From positions 124,001-188,000 of the forward strand of contig MU057776.1 in assembly GCA_013265495.1 (NCBI GenBank): DNA of 64,000 bases, written 5' to 3'. The notes under the pieces are model-generated. The model worked only from the letters and a program-made list of their open reading frames with translations. It was not told the DNA's origin and did no database searches. Position 1 is the first letter of the stretch. Each line of letters opens with the position of its first letter. Made by a program: the position numbers and the translations under genes. Of this stretch, positions 25,401 to 36,891 are shown piece by piece. The stretch is from Vicugna vicugna. Taxonomy: Eukaryota.

Positions 25401-25650
25401 GACATAAGACAGAAACAAAAAGCCACTGATGTTATAAGAATGTCCAGAAAAGGGAAATCCACAAAAACAGAATGCTGACTGCTGGCTGAAGGAACTGGGG
25501 CTAAGGGAGGAGAGACTGATTGTCTAAAGGGTTTCTCTGTTCTGCCAGGAGGAGGCTGGGGCCAGAGTAATGTCTGCGACACCAACAAGGGACTAAAAGC
25601 CACCAAATTGTACACTTTCAACTGGTAAAATGACAAATTTTTCCCATACA
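22480..25650 (+). mobile_element. Old L1M (5' piece, degenerate ORF2, 3' UTR) with an LTR inserted at ~22735-23425
   Basis: L1 motifs 'ccaacaacatttcatgataaaaac', 'aaaattaactcaaactgg', 'ctagaacaagccaaatgtc' and 'aaattgtacactttcaactgg'. Confidence 0.75.
25209..25378 (+). repeat. 17-bp minisatellite, 10 copies (CACGGATGAGCCCACGA consensus)
   Basis: Counted directly; lies within the L1 3' UTR. Confidence 0.95.
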
Positions 25651-26825
25651 AATTTGATGTGATTAAAAATTACATCATATAACCTATGAATTAAATAAAG
25701 TATAACAACCCAAAGTCATCACTACCCAAAACACAGCTGTGGCAATTAAATTCCCCACGGCCCATGGTCACCTCTGCACTGGAGGCCTCTTCTGTCCGCT
25801 GGGTCCGCCACCTGGTGGAAGGCTGCCCAGGGCAGAGCTACGGCCCCGCACCGGCCACAAACACGGATGTCGCGCTGCTGGAGGGAACAGCCTCGGCTGG
25901 AGCATCATCCCAGACGCAGGCAGGGGCAGCGCNNNNNNNNNNNNNNNNNNNNNNNNNNNNNNNNNNNNNNNNNNNNNNNNNNNNNNNNNNNNNNNNNNNN
26001 NNNNNNNNNNNNNNNNNNNNNNNNNNNNNNNNNNNNNNNNNNNNNNNNNNNNNNNNNNNNNNNNNNNNNNNNNNNNNNNNNNNNNNNNNNNNNNNNNNNN
26101 NNNNNNNNNNNNNNNNNNNNNNNNNNNNNNNNNNNNNNNNNNNNNNNNNNNNNNNNNNNNNNNNNNNNNNNNNNNNNNNNNNNNNNNNNNNNNNNNNNNN
26201 NNNNNNNNNNNNNNNNNNNNNNNNNNNNNNNNNNNNNNNNNNNNNNNNNNNNNNNNNNNNNNNNNNNNNNNNNNNNNNNNNNNNNNNNNNNNNNNNNNNN
26301 NNNNNNNNNNNNNNNNNNNNNNNNNNNNNNNNNNNNNNNNNNNNNNNNNNNNNNNNNNNNNNNNNNNNNNNNNNNNNNNNNNNNNNNNNNNNNNNNNNNN
26401 NNNNNNNNNNNNNNNNNNNNNNNNNNNNNNNNNNNNNNNNNNNNNNNNNNNNNNNNNNNNNNNNNNNNNNNNNNNNNNNNNNNNNNNNNNNNNNNNNNNN
26501 NNNNNNNNNNNNNNNNNNNNNNNNNNNNNNNNNNNNNNNNNNNNNNNNNNNNNNNNNNNNNNNNNNNNNNNNNNNNNNNNNNNNNNNNNNNNNNNNNNNN
26601 NNNNNNNNNNNNNNNNNNNNNNNNNNNNNNNNNNNNNNNNNNNNNNNNNNNNNNNNNNNNNNNNNNNNNNNNNNNNNNNNNNNNNNNNNNNNGCGGCTCC
26701 CTCTGGGGGCTGGGGTGTGGGGGCTGTGAGGGGCTGGCAGGGCCCTGCGTGGGGGCAGGGAGGGCCTGCAGCAGGCTTGAGTCCCCAGACCCCCAGGCTG
26801 GGGAGGAGCCCCCAGGGCCTGACCA

Positions 26826-26843
26826 CACCCCTATATAGGGGTG
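26826..26843. promoter_or_regulatory. 18-bp palindrome CACCCCTATATAGGGGTG containing a CArG box and TATA-like core, upstream of B
   Basis: CCTATATAGG fits CC(A/T)6GG. Mirrored at 32650-32667 for gene C. Confidence 0.55.
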
Positions 26844-27121
26844 GGGGCAGGTGAGCAGGACCTGTAGCTCCTTCAGAGCCCTCAGGCTCCCTCCCCACTT
26901 CCCTAGTGTAACTTGACACTCAGTGGTTCAACGGGCCTCCTATGACCAGCCCATTTCCAATTCCCCAAAGACCAGGAAGAGGAAATTTCAGAGGATTCAA
27001 AACATCTGGGGAAACGGAGCGTCCCTTGAGCACCGTCCAGGCGTCGGACCACAGCTGCTCACTCCGCTGCTCAGGAAACCCACTTCTGAGACACCAGCAC
27101 CTGCTTCTCTCAACTCCTGAG

Positions 27122-27307
27122 ATGCTCAAAGAGGAGAAGCACGTGGGGGTGCTGGGAGCTCCCAATTACCCGGCACCCGTGCCCCCCACCGTGATCAACA
27201 TCCGCAGTGAGACCTCCGTGCCCGACCACATCGTCTGGTCCCTGTTCAACAGCCTCTTCCTGAACGTGTGCTGCCTGGGCTTCGTGGCATTCGCCTACTC
27301 TGTGAAG
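27122..27307 (+). CDS. IFITM1: IFITM1-like paralogue B, exon 1
   Basis: [19 protein letters not shown]...[35 protein letters not shown] donor; 478-nt intron 27308-27785. Confidence 0.95.
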
Positions 27308-27785
27308 GTGGGAGGGTGCCTGGGGGAAGGAGCGTGAGCCCGGCAAGGCCCCTGCCCAGACGGCACGTGGGCTGTGGGAGGCCTTGTGCATATAGTTCTG
27401 TGTGTGCGTGCGTGTGTGTGCGTGTGGGCGAGCGCACGCCCAGGCGTGCAGGTCGTGATGAGGTTGCAGGGGTGCGTGGGGATGACCAGCGTCAGCCTTT
27501 TGCCCCGTGGTGGGGCGGGCGGCCAGTAGGAGGCCAGAGCAGAGGGACGGTGAGCCCTGGGGCCTCCTGGACAGGCTGAGAGTCTGTGAGGAGGGAGATC
27601 CAGGCCCCAGGAGGGGAGGGAGGGCCCGCTGGGCACGGTCGTGCTCAGGCTGTGGGGGGACGGGCAGGGGTGGGTCCCCAATGGGTGAATGGACACCGGG
27701 GGACCAGCAGGGAGGACCTGAGTCTTGGCACCTGGCCTTCACCCGGCCCGGCCCCAGGTCCCCCTCACCATCTCTCCTCCCCCAG

Positions 27786-27977
27786 TCCAGGGACCGGAAG
27801 ATGGTGGGCGACATCCTTGGGGCCCAGAGCTACGCCTCCACCGCCAAGTGCCTGAACGTCTGCGCCCTGGTGCTGGGCATCCTTCTGACCATCGTGTTCA
27901 TCATTATTTTTGCCACTGGCTCCCTGATGATTTTCCAGGCGATTTCACAGATTGTAAAGGAGTATGGAGGCTACTAG
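27786..27977 (+). CDS. IFITM1: IFITM1-like paralogue B, exon 2 (spliced protein 125 aa)
   Basis: CAG acceptor, then [63 protein letters not shown]. Confidence 0.95.
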   Translation, partial: SRDRKMVGDILGAQSYASTAKCLNVCALVLGILLTIVFIIIFATGSLMIFQAISQIVKEYGGY

Positions 27978-28033
27978 TAGCTGCCCGCGGCCACCCCTTC
28001 ACAGCAGTTTATACACACCCCCGTCTACAGCTG

Positions 28034-28039
28034 AATAAA
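28034..28039 (+). terminator. Poly(A) signal of gene B
   Basis: AATAAA 56 nt after the stop, followed by GT-rich sequence. Confidence 0.85.
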
Positions 28040-29039
28040 AGCCGGCGTTCCTGTGTGAGGCTGCTGTGTTCTCACCTGGGGAGGGCGCCCTGCTGAGAGC
28101 TCCCGCCTGCCCCTGAGACAGCCCAGCCCCCCTCTCCCTCCTGCTCTGCTGCCCAGGGGCCTGAGCCCCGGCCCCAGACAGGTCCTCTGGGGGCGGGCTG
28201 TGCTCGGTCCAACTCCCTTGCCTGTCGAGAAAAGAAAAACGAGAGAGAGAGAGAGAAAGGCCGCAGAAGCCTGCAAAAGAGAGAAAAGAGAGAAAAGGCT
28301 CTTTTGGGGAGCTTTAGGATCTGCAACTGGGAGGCACACATTCGAGTAGCAAGTCAAATGTGCTCCGAGGGAAGTCAACACGGTGGGGGTTACAAAGACA
28401 AAGACATTCCTGAGAAGTTACAGGGCTGTTTCAGAGCTGGGACTGGGGCCAGCAGGCTTTGAGGCTCACGTCGCAGCTGACTGGTTGCTAACGTGAGGTT
28501 TGCAGGGAGTGAAGAAAGTGAGTCCCCGGTGGTCCCAGGGTGTGAGGGTGGGTGTCAGCTCCACGTCCCGTGGGCTCTGGGGCTGTCTGAGACCCTACCA
28601 TGAGGCTGCATTTGGTGGTCCGTAGCCCTCAACCCGGGGTCCCCATCAGTGGGAGGGCTGCAGGAGCCCTTGGTCTACCTGTGGAGGGACGGCCCCGGCG
28701 GTCCCTGCTTTTCAGGCGGAGGAGACCCCCTGCCCTGGAAATCAGCCCCCCGTCCGGTTTTGCCGTGGCCTCCAGACTTGTGGGCACAGGAGTGGCCCCG
28801 GGGCAGACCCTGCCCACAACCAGCTGGGCAGGTGCGGTGTGAGCTGGGGTGGCCATCGCCTGCCCCTTCCTCCCCGCCACCTGACCCCAGCTGTGGGCCC
28901 TCCTGTGAGTGGAAAATATCACCTGCCGTGTCCGTGAGCAAAGGATGTTGCAGCCACCAAGTCCTCAGCCACGGCAGCCACCCGGGACCCTGAGCCCTGA
29001 GGGTCTCAGGCGGGGAGAGCCCAGGACACTGGCCCTAGG

Positions 29040-29320
29040 AGCTCAGCTGCACCTCAAAGGAAGGATTCCAAGGAGCCCAGGCTCTGGCGTCTTCCCAGAC
29101 ACAGAGACACCTGAAATTCCTTACCCTGAGATAGCTGGTCTTATTAACAGTACTCTTTTGATGTGCCGACCGCCTGGGGTCTTACCAAGCTCCTGCGTAT
29201 CCTGGCTCCTCCCCGCTCTCGGGGCAGCCCTTCAGAGCCATCTGCCTCCCGGCTTGAAGTCCTCAGAGAGCCCACCAGATAAAACATAATTTTAACTCTC
29301 AGGCCGTGCAGTTCTTCAGT
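29040..29320 (+). mobile_element. LTR fragment
   Basis: Reverse-complement homologue of 14940-15210. Confidence 0.7.
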
Positions 29321-29899
29321 CCGTGAGCCCCAGCCCTCACCCGCACCCCTTTTCTGTTCCCGGCAGCAGAACCTGAGTCCAGGAAATGGGGTGTTGGCGT
29401 CCCAGGGCGGGCCATGGAGAAGCCCCCTCCCCCGGGCGATCTGACTCCTGTCAGCAGGCGTGGGGACAGAGCCCGGGAAGGTTGGCCCTGGAGGAGGGAC
29501 GGCAAGCCGACCTGGCGCTCTGGGTTGGGAAGGACCGACCCCAAGGGGGGAAGGGGCCAACAGCCAGCAAAGCATTGGAGTCTGGAGCAGGCGCTGCCCA
29601 GCGGCACGGACCCTGCTGGGGTGGGCTGGGCAGATGGAATCTTCCGGACCAGCAGTGCCTGGCAAGGGAGCCGGCGGTGCGCGGCCAGAAGCAGCCCTCT
29701 GTCCCCCCAGGAGCACAGGTGTCCTGTTCCGCCCTCGTGCCCCCTCAGCAGGAGTCGTGAGGTGCGGCTTCCTCCAGGCAAAGCAGAAGAGCATTCTCTC
29801 CCCAGGGCTATTCGGAAAGTGTCCAGAAATGCCTCTGACGCTGCTGCCGCCCACCTGTGCGCCCGGTCCTGGCTCTGTGTCCTCCTGGCCCACCATCCC

Positions 29900-30010
29900 A
29901 ACCCCTCCATGCCCTCCTCTCCCCCTCCGCGCCCTCCTCCGCCGCCTCCTTGCCCTCCTCTCCCCCTCCGCGCCCTCCTCCCCCACCTCCGCGCCCTCCT
30001 CCTCCCACTT
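29900..30010 (+). repeat. C-rich low-complexity tandem repeat
   Basis: Repeated 'ccctcctctccccctccgcgccctcctcc'. Confidence 0.8.
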
Positions 30011-31214
30011 CACTGTTCTCCCAGCTCTGGGCCCTCCAACGTTCAGTGCTCCCAGCTCGCCCATTTCTCTCAGCCCCGCATAGATCGTCCACCTCACCAG
30101 GCAGCGCTCACCTGCAGGTGACACAGGACACTGTAACTGCCCACGTCAGAACAGAGCTGGTGGTGTGGCTCCAAGGGTTAGAGCTGCTCAGGACCCAGCG
30201 GTCAGCACCCAGGACCTTGGAACGGACCTACAGTTCCCCTGCGCGAGGCCTGGGACCTCACCTGCTTATTTTGGAAAGCTCCAGATCCCTAGTTCTTTGC
30301 TAGCTGCCAAGAGAGGGGGTCTTCCACCTGGCAGGAGCCTAATCCTGAGTCAGTGGAGCGCAGGTGGGGTTGGGCTCAATGCCCATCGCCCTTCTGGACG
30401 GCTGCCCAGCAGGGGAATGTGGGACCCGCCTAGTCTGCCCTGTTGGGGCTGGGGTCAGGGTCATGCGTTCTGGCCCCCAGCCCCACCTTGGAGAAAGTCC
30501 TTTTGGACCTAGAGGGGCAGGTCTGCCAGCCTCCCCTCCTCCAGGACCCACCTTCCCTGGGCTGAGCCTCCCGTGATGAAGTGGGACCCGAGAGAGAGTG
30601 GGCAGCCTCTTCTGAGACACCGTCCACCAGTGAGGACCCCAAGCAGCGTGGCCTCGGAGTTAGGCCACTGCGGGGGGTGGGCGCCCTTCCCTCCTGGGTG
30701 CCTGGACTCAAGGGAACCCAGCGTGAAGAGCTGAGACTTCAGCGAGAGCCAACAGGACTTGGCCTCAGCTGACTGAGCGTGCCCAGGGGCAGGTGGAGAA
30801 GGGGTCACCTTCTCGACACAAGGCGAGGCTGCCTGGGCTCCTCCTGCCTCCCCAGGGTGACGCCCAGCACACTCGGGGTAGCGTGCAGGGCACGGTGGTC
30901 TGTGGCAGGGTGCCCCTTCCCCACCCACCAACTCCCTCTGGGGCCTCAGAGATGGGAGCACAGGTCTGGGGCCTTTCTCCCGCATTGGGCTGAGGACGGT
31001 CCCCACCTCTCTGGGTGCAGCCCAGGCTCTGGCAAAGGTTCACACCCAACACCCCAGGGTCCCCAGTTTCTGGGAGACCCTTCCCGGGACACCGAGCAGT
31101 CGCTCAGCCAGCAGGGCCAGGCGGGTTTGGTGGGAGGAAGTGGTCTTTCCTCTGGGGGTTTCTGTTCATCCAGGTGAATCACCGGCTCTGCTATCTGCTT
31201 CTGCAGTCAGGCCA

Positions 31215-31373
31215 CTGGGGACTCCCAGCCGTGCCCCCTCCCCAGGGACTTCACTGCACCCTCACATCTGGGGACTCCCAGCCGTGCCCCCTCCCCAGGG
31301 ACTTCACTGCACCCTCACATCTGGGGACTCCCAGCTGTGCCCCCTTCCCAGGGACTTCACTGCACCCTCACGT
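31215..31373 (+). repeat. 53-bp tandem repeat, 3 copies, at the 3' end of gene C
   Basis: Units start at 31215, 31268 and 31321. Confidence 0.92.
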
Positions 31374-31383
31374 ACAAGTGCAC

Positions 31384-31389
31384 TTTATT
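31384..31389 (-). terminator. Poly(A) signal of gene C
   Basis: TTTATT on +, i.e. AATAAA on -. Confidence 0.85.
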
Positions 31390-31519
31390 CGATTCAGTTG
31401 TCATCAGGTGTGTGTATAAACTGCTGTGTAAAGGGGTGTGGGGAGAGCAGGCTCCCAGCCCCAGGGGCAGGGACAGCAGTGGATGGTGGAAGACCTGGGC
31501 TGCCTTCCATTGGTAGCTC

Positions 31520-31711
31520 TTAGTAGCCTCTATTCTTCTTCATAAACTCTGACGTGATATGGTTGGCCATAGGGTATAAAAATACCAGAAGAACGATGAC
31601 TCCAATGGTCCCGAGGATGCCCAGCACCAGGGCACAGACGTTCAGGCACTTGGCAGTGGCGGCATGGCTCTGGGCCCCAAGGACGTCGCCCACCATCTTC
31701 CGGTCCCTGGA
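31520..31711 (-). CDS. IFITM1: IFITM1-like paralogue C, exon 2 (spliced protein 125 aa)
   Basis: [68 protein letters not shown]1-type RGY end; CAG acceptor. Confidence 0.95.
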   Translation of the reverse strand, partial: SRDRKMVGDVLGAQSHAATAKCLNVCALVLGILGTIGVIVLLVFLYPMANHITSEFMKKNRGY

Positions 31712-32185
31712 CTGGGGGAGAGATGGTGAGGGGGACCTGGGGCCGGGCCGGGTGAAGGCCAGGTGCCAAGACTCAGGTCCTCCCTGCTGTCCCCCGGTGT
31801 CCATTCACCCACTGGGGACCCACCCCTGCCCGTCCCCCCACAGCCTGAGCACGACCGTGCCCAGCGGGCCCTCCCTCCCCTCCTGGGGCCTGGATCTCCC
31901 TCCTCACAGACTCTCAGCCTGTCCAGGAGGCCCCAGGGCTCACCGTCCCTCTGCTCTGGCCTCCTACTGGCCGCCCGCCCCACCACGGGGCAAAAGGCTG
32001 ACGCTGGTCATCCCCACGCACCCCTGCAACCTCATCACGACCTGCACGCCTGGGCGTGCGCTCGCCCACACGCACACACACGCACGCACACACAGAACTA
32101 TATGCACAAGGCCTCCCACAGCCCACGTGCCGTCTGGGCAGGGGCCTCGCCGGGCTCACGCTCCTTCCCCCAGGCACCCTCCCAC

Positions 32186-32371
32186 CTTCACAGAGTAGGC
32201 GAATGCCACGAAGCCCAGGCAGCACACGTTCAGGAAGAGGCTGTTGAACAGGGACCAGACGATGTGGTCGGGCACGGAGGTCTCACTGCGGATGTTGATC
32301 ACGGTGGGGGGCACGGGTGCCGGGTAATTGGGAGCTCCCAGCACCCCCACGTGCTTCTCCTCTTTGAGCAT
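32186..32371 (-). CDS. IFITM1: IFITM1-like paralogue C, exon 1
   Basis: Same translation as B exon 1; 474-nt intron 31712-32185. Confidence 0.95.
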
Positions 32372-34397
32372 CTCAGGAGTTGAGAGAAGCAGGTGCTGGT
32401 GTCTCAGAAGTGGGTTTCCTGAGCAGCGGAGTGAGCAGCTGTGGTCCGACGCCTGGACGGTGCTCAAGGGACGCTCCGTTTCCCCAGATGTTTTGAATCC
32501 TCTGAAATTTCCTCTTCCTGGTCTTTGGGGAATTGGAAATGGGCTGGTCATAGGAGGCCCGTTGAACCACTGAGTGTCAAGTTACACTAGGGAAGTGGGG
32601 AGGGAGCCTGAGGGCTCTGAAGGAGCTACAGGTCCTGCTCAGCTGCCCCCACCCCTATATAGGGGTGTGGTCAGGCCCTGGGGGCTCCTCCCCAGCCTGG
32701 GGGTCTGGGGACTCAAGCCTGCTGCAGGCCCTCCCTGCCCCCACGCAGGGCCCTGCCAGCCCCTCACAGCCCCCACACCCCAGCCCCCAGAGGGAGCCGC
32801 ACCCCAGAGCCCGCACCGCAGCTGCACACCCTCCCCTTGACGCGCACTGTGCCGTCCCGGTTCTGAGTCCGAGCTCCAGGCGGGCTTGGGGGCCTGCCTG
32901 GCTGCAGGCGGGCACCCAGAAGCCCGTGTTGCCTGCCCCGGGGGAGCCTCCCATGATCTCCCAAGGGCTCCCACGAGCAGGACACTGGGAGCTGCTGACC
33001 CGAGGAGGCAGCCGTGCTGGGAGCCCTTTGGCAGCAGCTTCGGGGCCCAGGGCCTGCGTGCTTGTGCGGCCCACCTCCGCTGCCTCCCTCCTTCCCGCCA
33101 CCCCTGGCATTTCACGCAGGAACTGGGTGTTGGTGGGACAGCTCCTTGGCTGTGGGCCCTATGCCCCCTTCTCAGGGATGGACGGGGTCAGCTCAGCTCA
33201 GGCCAGGACTCAGCTCTCCAGAAACTAACGGATGGCAGCGTCCTGGGTGCCGCCTGCGTCCTTACCACCTGGGTGGAGGAGCGGGTGGGATGCGATGGTC
33301 CAGGCCGGACTGTCCTGCTAGGACCTACGGGCCTCACCCAAGCTGGGTCCAGTGGGCTCAGGGTGGCCAGTGGCCCCCATACCCGCCCAGAAGGCGGGCC
33401 TCTGGCCCTGGGGCCTCCTCCAGCTGTCCAGGTCCTGACCACTTCCGCCGCTGCCCTGGGCTCCCTCACAGGCGTCAGCTGCCCCGCCCTGAGCACCTCT
33501 GGGCCCACGGACCCAGGCGTTCTCTGTGACCCGCTCCTCGTTTCAAGTCCTCCTCATCTTGAGACACCTGGTGTGGCCTGTTCTCCTGCTGGGCCACACC
33601 GACCCAGAAGGCCGCCCTGATCGCCTGGGCGGAGGTGCACGCGTGGGCAGTCTGAGGCCTGGGCCTGGCCCCTGGTCTGGGGTGAGGTCGGCGGGGGTGG
33701 GGCGGTCGCCCGCAGGCCCTGACGCGCTGCCCCTGCCTGCGTCTGGGATGATGCTCCAGCCGAGGCTGTTCCCTCCAGCAGCGCGACATCCGTGTTTGTG
33801 GCCGGTGCGGGGCCGTAGCTCTGCCCTGGGCAGCCTTCCACCAGGTGGCGGACCCAGCGGACAGAAGAGGCCTCCAGTGCAGAGGTGACCATGGGCCGTG
33901 GGGAATTTAATCGCCACAGCTGTGCTTTGGGAAATGCTGACTTTTCTCCTACATAATTGATATGATTCATAGTTTAGCCGATTTAATTTTCAGTATGGCT
34001 GTGCTTCGAATCAGCTCACAACATTGCCGTAAGTGGGCACCTGTGCCCAAAACCTGGATTTTATCCTGAAAGTAGGGTGTTCATGTCTCACCCTTCCTTC
34101 CTGGTCCCCTGCCTCCATCCCAGCCCCTGGTCCTCACCTCCCACCTTCTCCCATCAGCTCCTGGAAGGTGGCCACAACCTTTGTCCCCTCTGTTCTGTTA
34201 GCGTCCAGTTCTCCCCACAGAGCGAGTGGCCGGTGTCCCGCTCCGGGTCTGCCCACGGGAACCCTCCCCTCCGGGTGTTCAGGCCACCCTTCATGAGCTG
34301 GGGCGCCAGCCCCATCTGTGTCCAGCTCTCTCCCTCACTCTGGCAAAACCAAGCTGGGAATTCTTCCCATCCTTCCCATCTTCTGGTCCCCAGGGTC

Positions 34398-35045
34398 CCC
34401 CGCAGCCCGGGCGGGAGCAGGGCACAGGCACTGGGAAGCCCCGGTGGTGACTCAGGGTCAGGACAGCCTTGCCTGTTTGACCTGGGATGTTCCACTTCCA
34501 TCCTCAAAGGCCCAGCTGCTCGGGGCACCCCAGCCTCCCTCTGGGTGGGCCTGACACAACCCTCCTGTGGCAGACAGTTCCGCCGCCAGCTCCCCAGGCA
34601 GCCCGTGTCCAGCGTTAGAGGTAGGCAGGAAAGACCACCTCCACCAGATCCCTGTCCACACGCCCAGCCCCGGGGCCGGGCTGGTGTCCGTCTGGCACAG
34701 CAGCTGCGCTTGGACTCCCACGGGCTGATCGGCCGCCATCCACCGCGCCCGACAGGACTGTCTGGGTCTGGGCTCAGACTGGTCAGTGACATGGAGGAGT
34801 GTGTCGGGGGCACCCCGCTCCCACTGGGCTTTGAGGTGGCGCGATTGCTGCTCCCTCCCAGGGTGGGATATGGTTCTGGTATTTCCCCTGCTAGGGTGGG
34901 TGTTGGGGCGCAATTCCAGACGTCCCCACCAGCCAGCCCCACGACCCTGGCTCTCACCCAGAAGCCACGGGCCCAGGGTGCGGACGTGCAGACCTCCCCG
35001 GACGTGTCCTCCCGTCCCACCCCCGCAGTGGAGATGCCAGCTGGA
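34398..35045 (+). repeat. 648-bp direct duplication, copy 2
   Basis: Near-identical to 21549-22196. Confidence 0.95.
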
Positions 35046-36778
35046 TGGGGACGGGCCCCACGGAGAGCCTGATTAAAGCCTGGAGGCCCCTGATTCTTTG
35101 GACCCAGGTGCCTCACACGAAAGGGGGCCACACTGTGTTGTGGAGACACCGACCCAGGCCCCGAGCCCAGCTCTTCCTAAGACATCAGGAAACCCACAGC
35201 CATGACCCCATTTCCCGGGACCTGCCACACGCTCCCTTGGAGACAGCTCGAGGGATGTGCCCTCTCCTGCCCCCGAGGGGATCAGGTCCAAAGACCAGCT
35301 CAAAACAGAGGCAAGGTCTTGAGCTGACAAGAGATTTGCCCCACATCCTGGTCTGCCGTTGTTGCTTCCTTGGCTGCTGGAAGCCGAGGGCACCCTGGTG
35401 CCCGTCCTCCTGCTGTGCCCCGAGGGACACGTCCGTGACTGTGTCCAGAACTCTCTGCCGTGGGCCCATGGAAGATGGCGACCCCAGCCCCCACCTCCAA
35501 CAACTCGTCTGCTTCCCAGCGTCCGCCTGGGTGCAGGGGAGGCCGCCCCCAACCTCTGGGTTGGCACAGGCATTTGGTGGGTTTCCCAGCGTCACGCGCT
35601 CTGTCCTTGGAGTCGGGAAGGAAAGCCCAGCTGGAGGGTGAGGTGGGCGGTCACCCCAAGGGGCTCCAGGAAAGGTGGGCATGTGCAGCCCGTGGAGGTG
35701 GGTATGAGACCACGCACAGGAGGCCCAGGCTGTGGAAGAGCTGGAAGGAGAGTCTGTGGGGTCCAGACCCCGGCCCTTCCTGAGTGCTGCCCGCCCCCCC
35801 TCCCCACCAGCCGGGGTCACCATCACACGTGGCGCCCCCTCCCCTAGCCGGGGTCCCAGCTGTCCCCCGGCCCCTCCCTGCCTCGGAGTCCTTCCCAGAC
35901 CCAGCGTGGCGGTTCCACCAGGCTCCGCTCTTCCAGGACCCACTCTCCCTGGGGCTGTGCCCCCTCGAACTCACACACCTGGGACGCCTGGGGGGCGGGT
36001 ACTCCCCATGGCCCACCCTGGCACCCCTACCCAGCAGCCACTTCTGAGGGTTGGGGGATGCAGGGCCGAGTGAGGAGAGTGACGGGTGAGCTCAAGACGG
36101 ACGGGGTGGGGAAAGGGCCAGGTGCACCTCAGCGCCCCCCACAGTCCAGCTGGTTGTGGGCAGTCTGCCCTGGGGCACCCCAAGTGCCCACTCGTCCTGG
36201 GCAGGGAGGGAACCAGGAAGGCAGCTGATCTCCTGGTCAGGGCAGTTCTGCAGGAAGTTAGCCAGGACCAGACTGCCTGGCGCTGAGGATGGGTCCTGCT
36301 CGCTCCTCCAGCTGCCTGTCCTTCCCTCCACCCTTCCGGAGGAGCCGGGACCGAGCCTGCGGGCTGGAGGAGCAGCAGCAGGGTGCAGCGGCAGCTGGAC
36401 GTCACCCCGGGCGGGAGACAGGTACACCTACAGGTACAAAAGCCAGTCGTCTTCCCAGAGGGTCTGAGCTGCCCGCAGCCCCCCTGCACCGCTGCTCCCA
36501 GCAGCTGAGAGTCAGGGAGGCTACCCTAAGAGCCAAGGGTGTTCTGGACACAGAGTGCCCTTCCTTGGGAAAGGAGAGACCCCTCTCCTAGGACCCTGTC
36601 CCAGCCGTTGCTCCTAGCAGGGGGCCAGAAACCAGCGGAGTCTGGTGATGCGCCCTCCCACCTCCAAACAGAGCAGCAGATGGGCAAGGGAGGGGAGACT
36701 AAGCCTCAGGGGCAGTCTGGGGACGCCTAGCAGGGCCCCTCCCCAGGGACATCACAGCACCGCCACGTACAAGTGCAC

Positions 36779-36784
36779 TTTACT
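36779..36784 (-). terminator. Variant poly(A) signal AGTAAA of gene D
   Basis: Positionally homologous to the AATAAA of C ('gtgcactttact' vs 'gtgcactttatt'). Confidence 0.65.
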
Positions 36785-36891
36785 GAATCCAGTTGTCTTC
36801 GGGGATGGGGGAGACAGGGCCCACCGCCCCAGGGGCAGGACTTGGGCCGTGGCCATGGCCCACTAGTGGTGGCCTCCCTGTTGCCTTAAAT

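Larger units (their letters stand above)
25731..27880 (+). repeat. Left arm of the B/C inverted duplication (contains N gap 25933-26692)
   Basis: Reverse complement of ~31615-33925, near-identical. Confidence 0.93.

Noticed and set aside
25121..25651. Repetitive ORFs and a CRISPR-like array
   Set aside because: Head-to-tail 17-mers with no unique spacers, in a mammalian L1; a minisatellite.
25739..26919. Long ORFs of 300-380 aa
   Set aside because: They only appear long because they run through the N gap.
29144..30303. Several overlapping 150-326 aa ORFs
   Set aside because: Low-complexity GC repeat plus LTR, open in many frames.
34077..35149. 331-aa ORFs on both strands (and 284 aa at 21507-22361)
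   Set aside because: GC-rich, stop-poor DNA with no recognisable domain; the shared sequence reflects the duplication.
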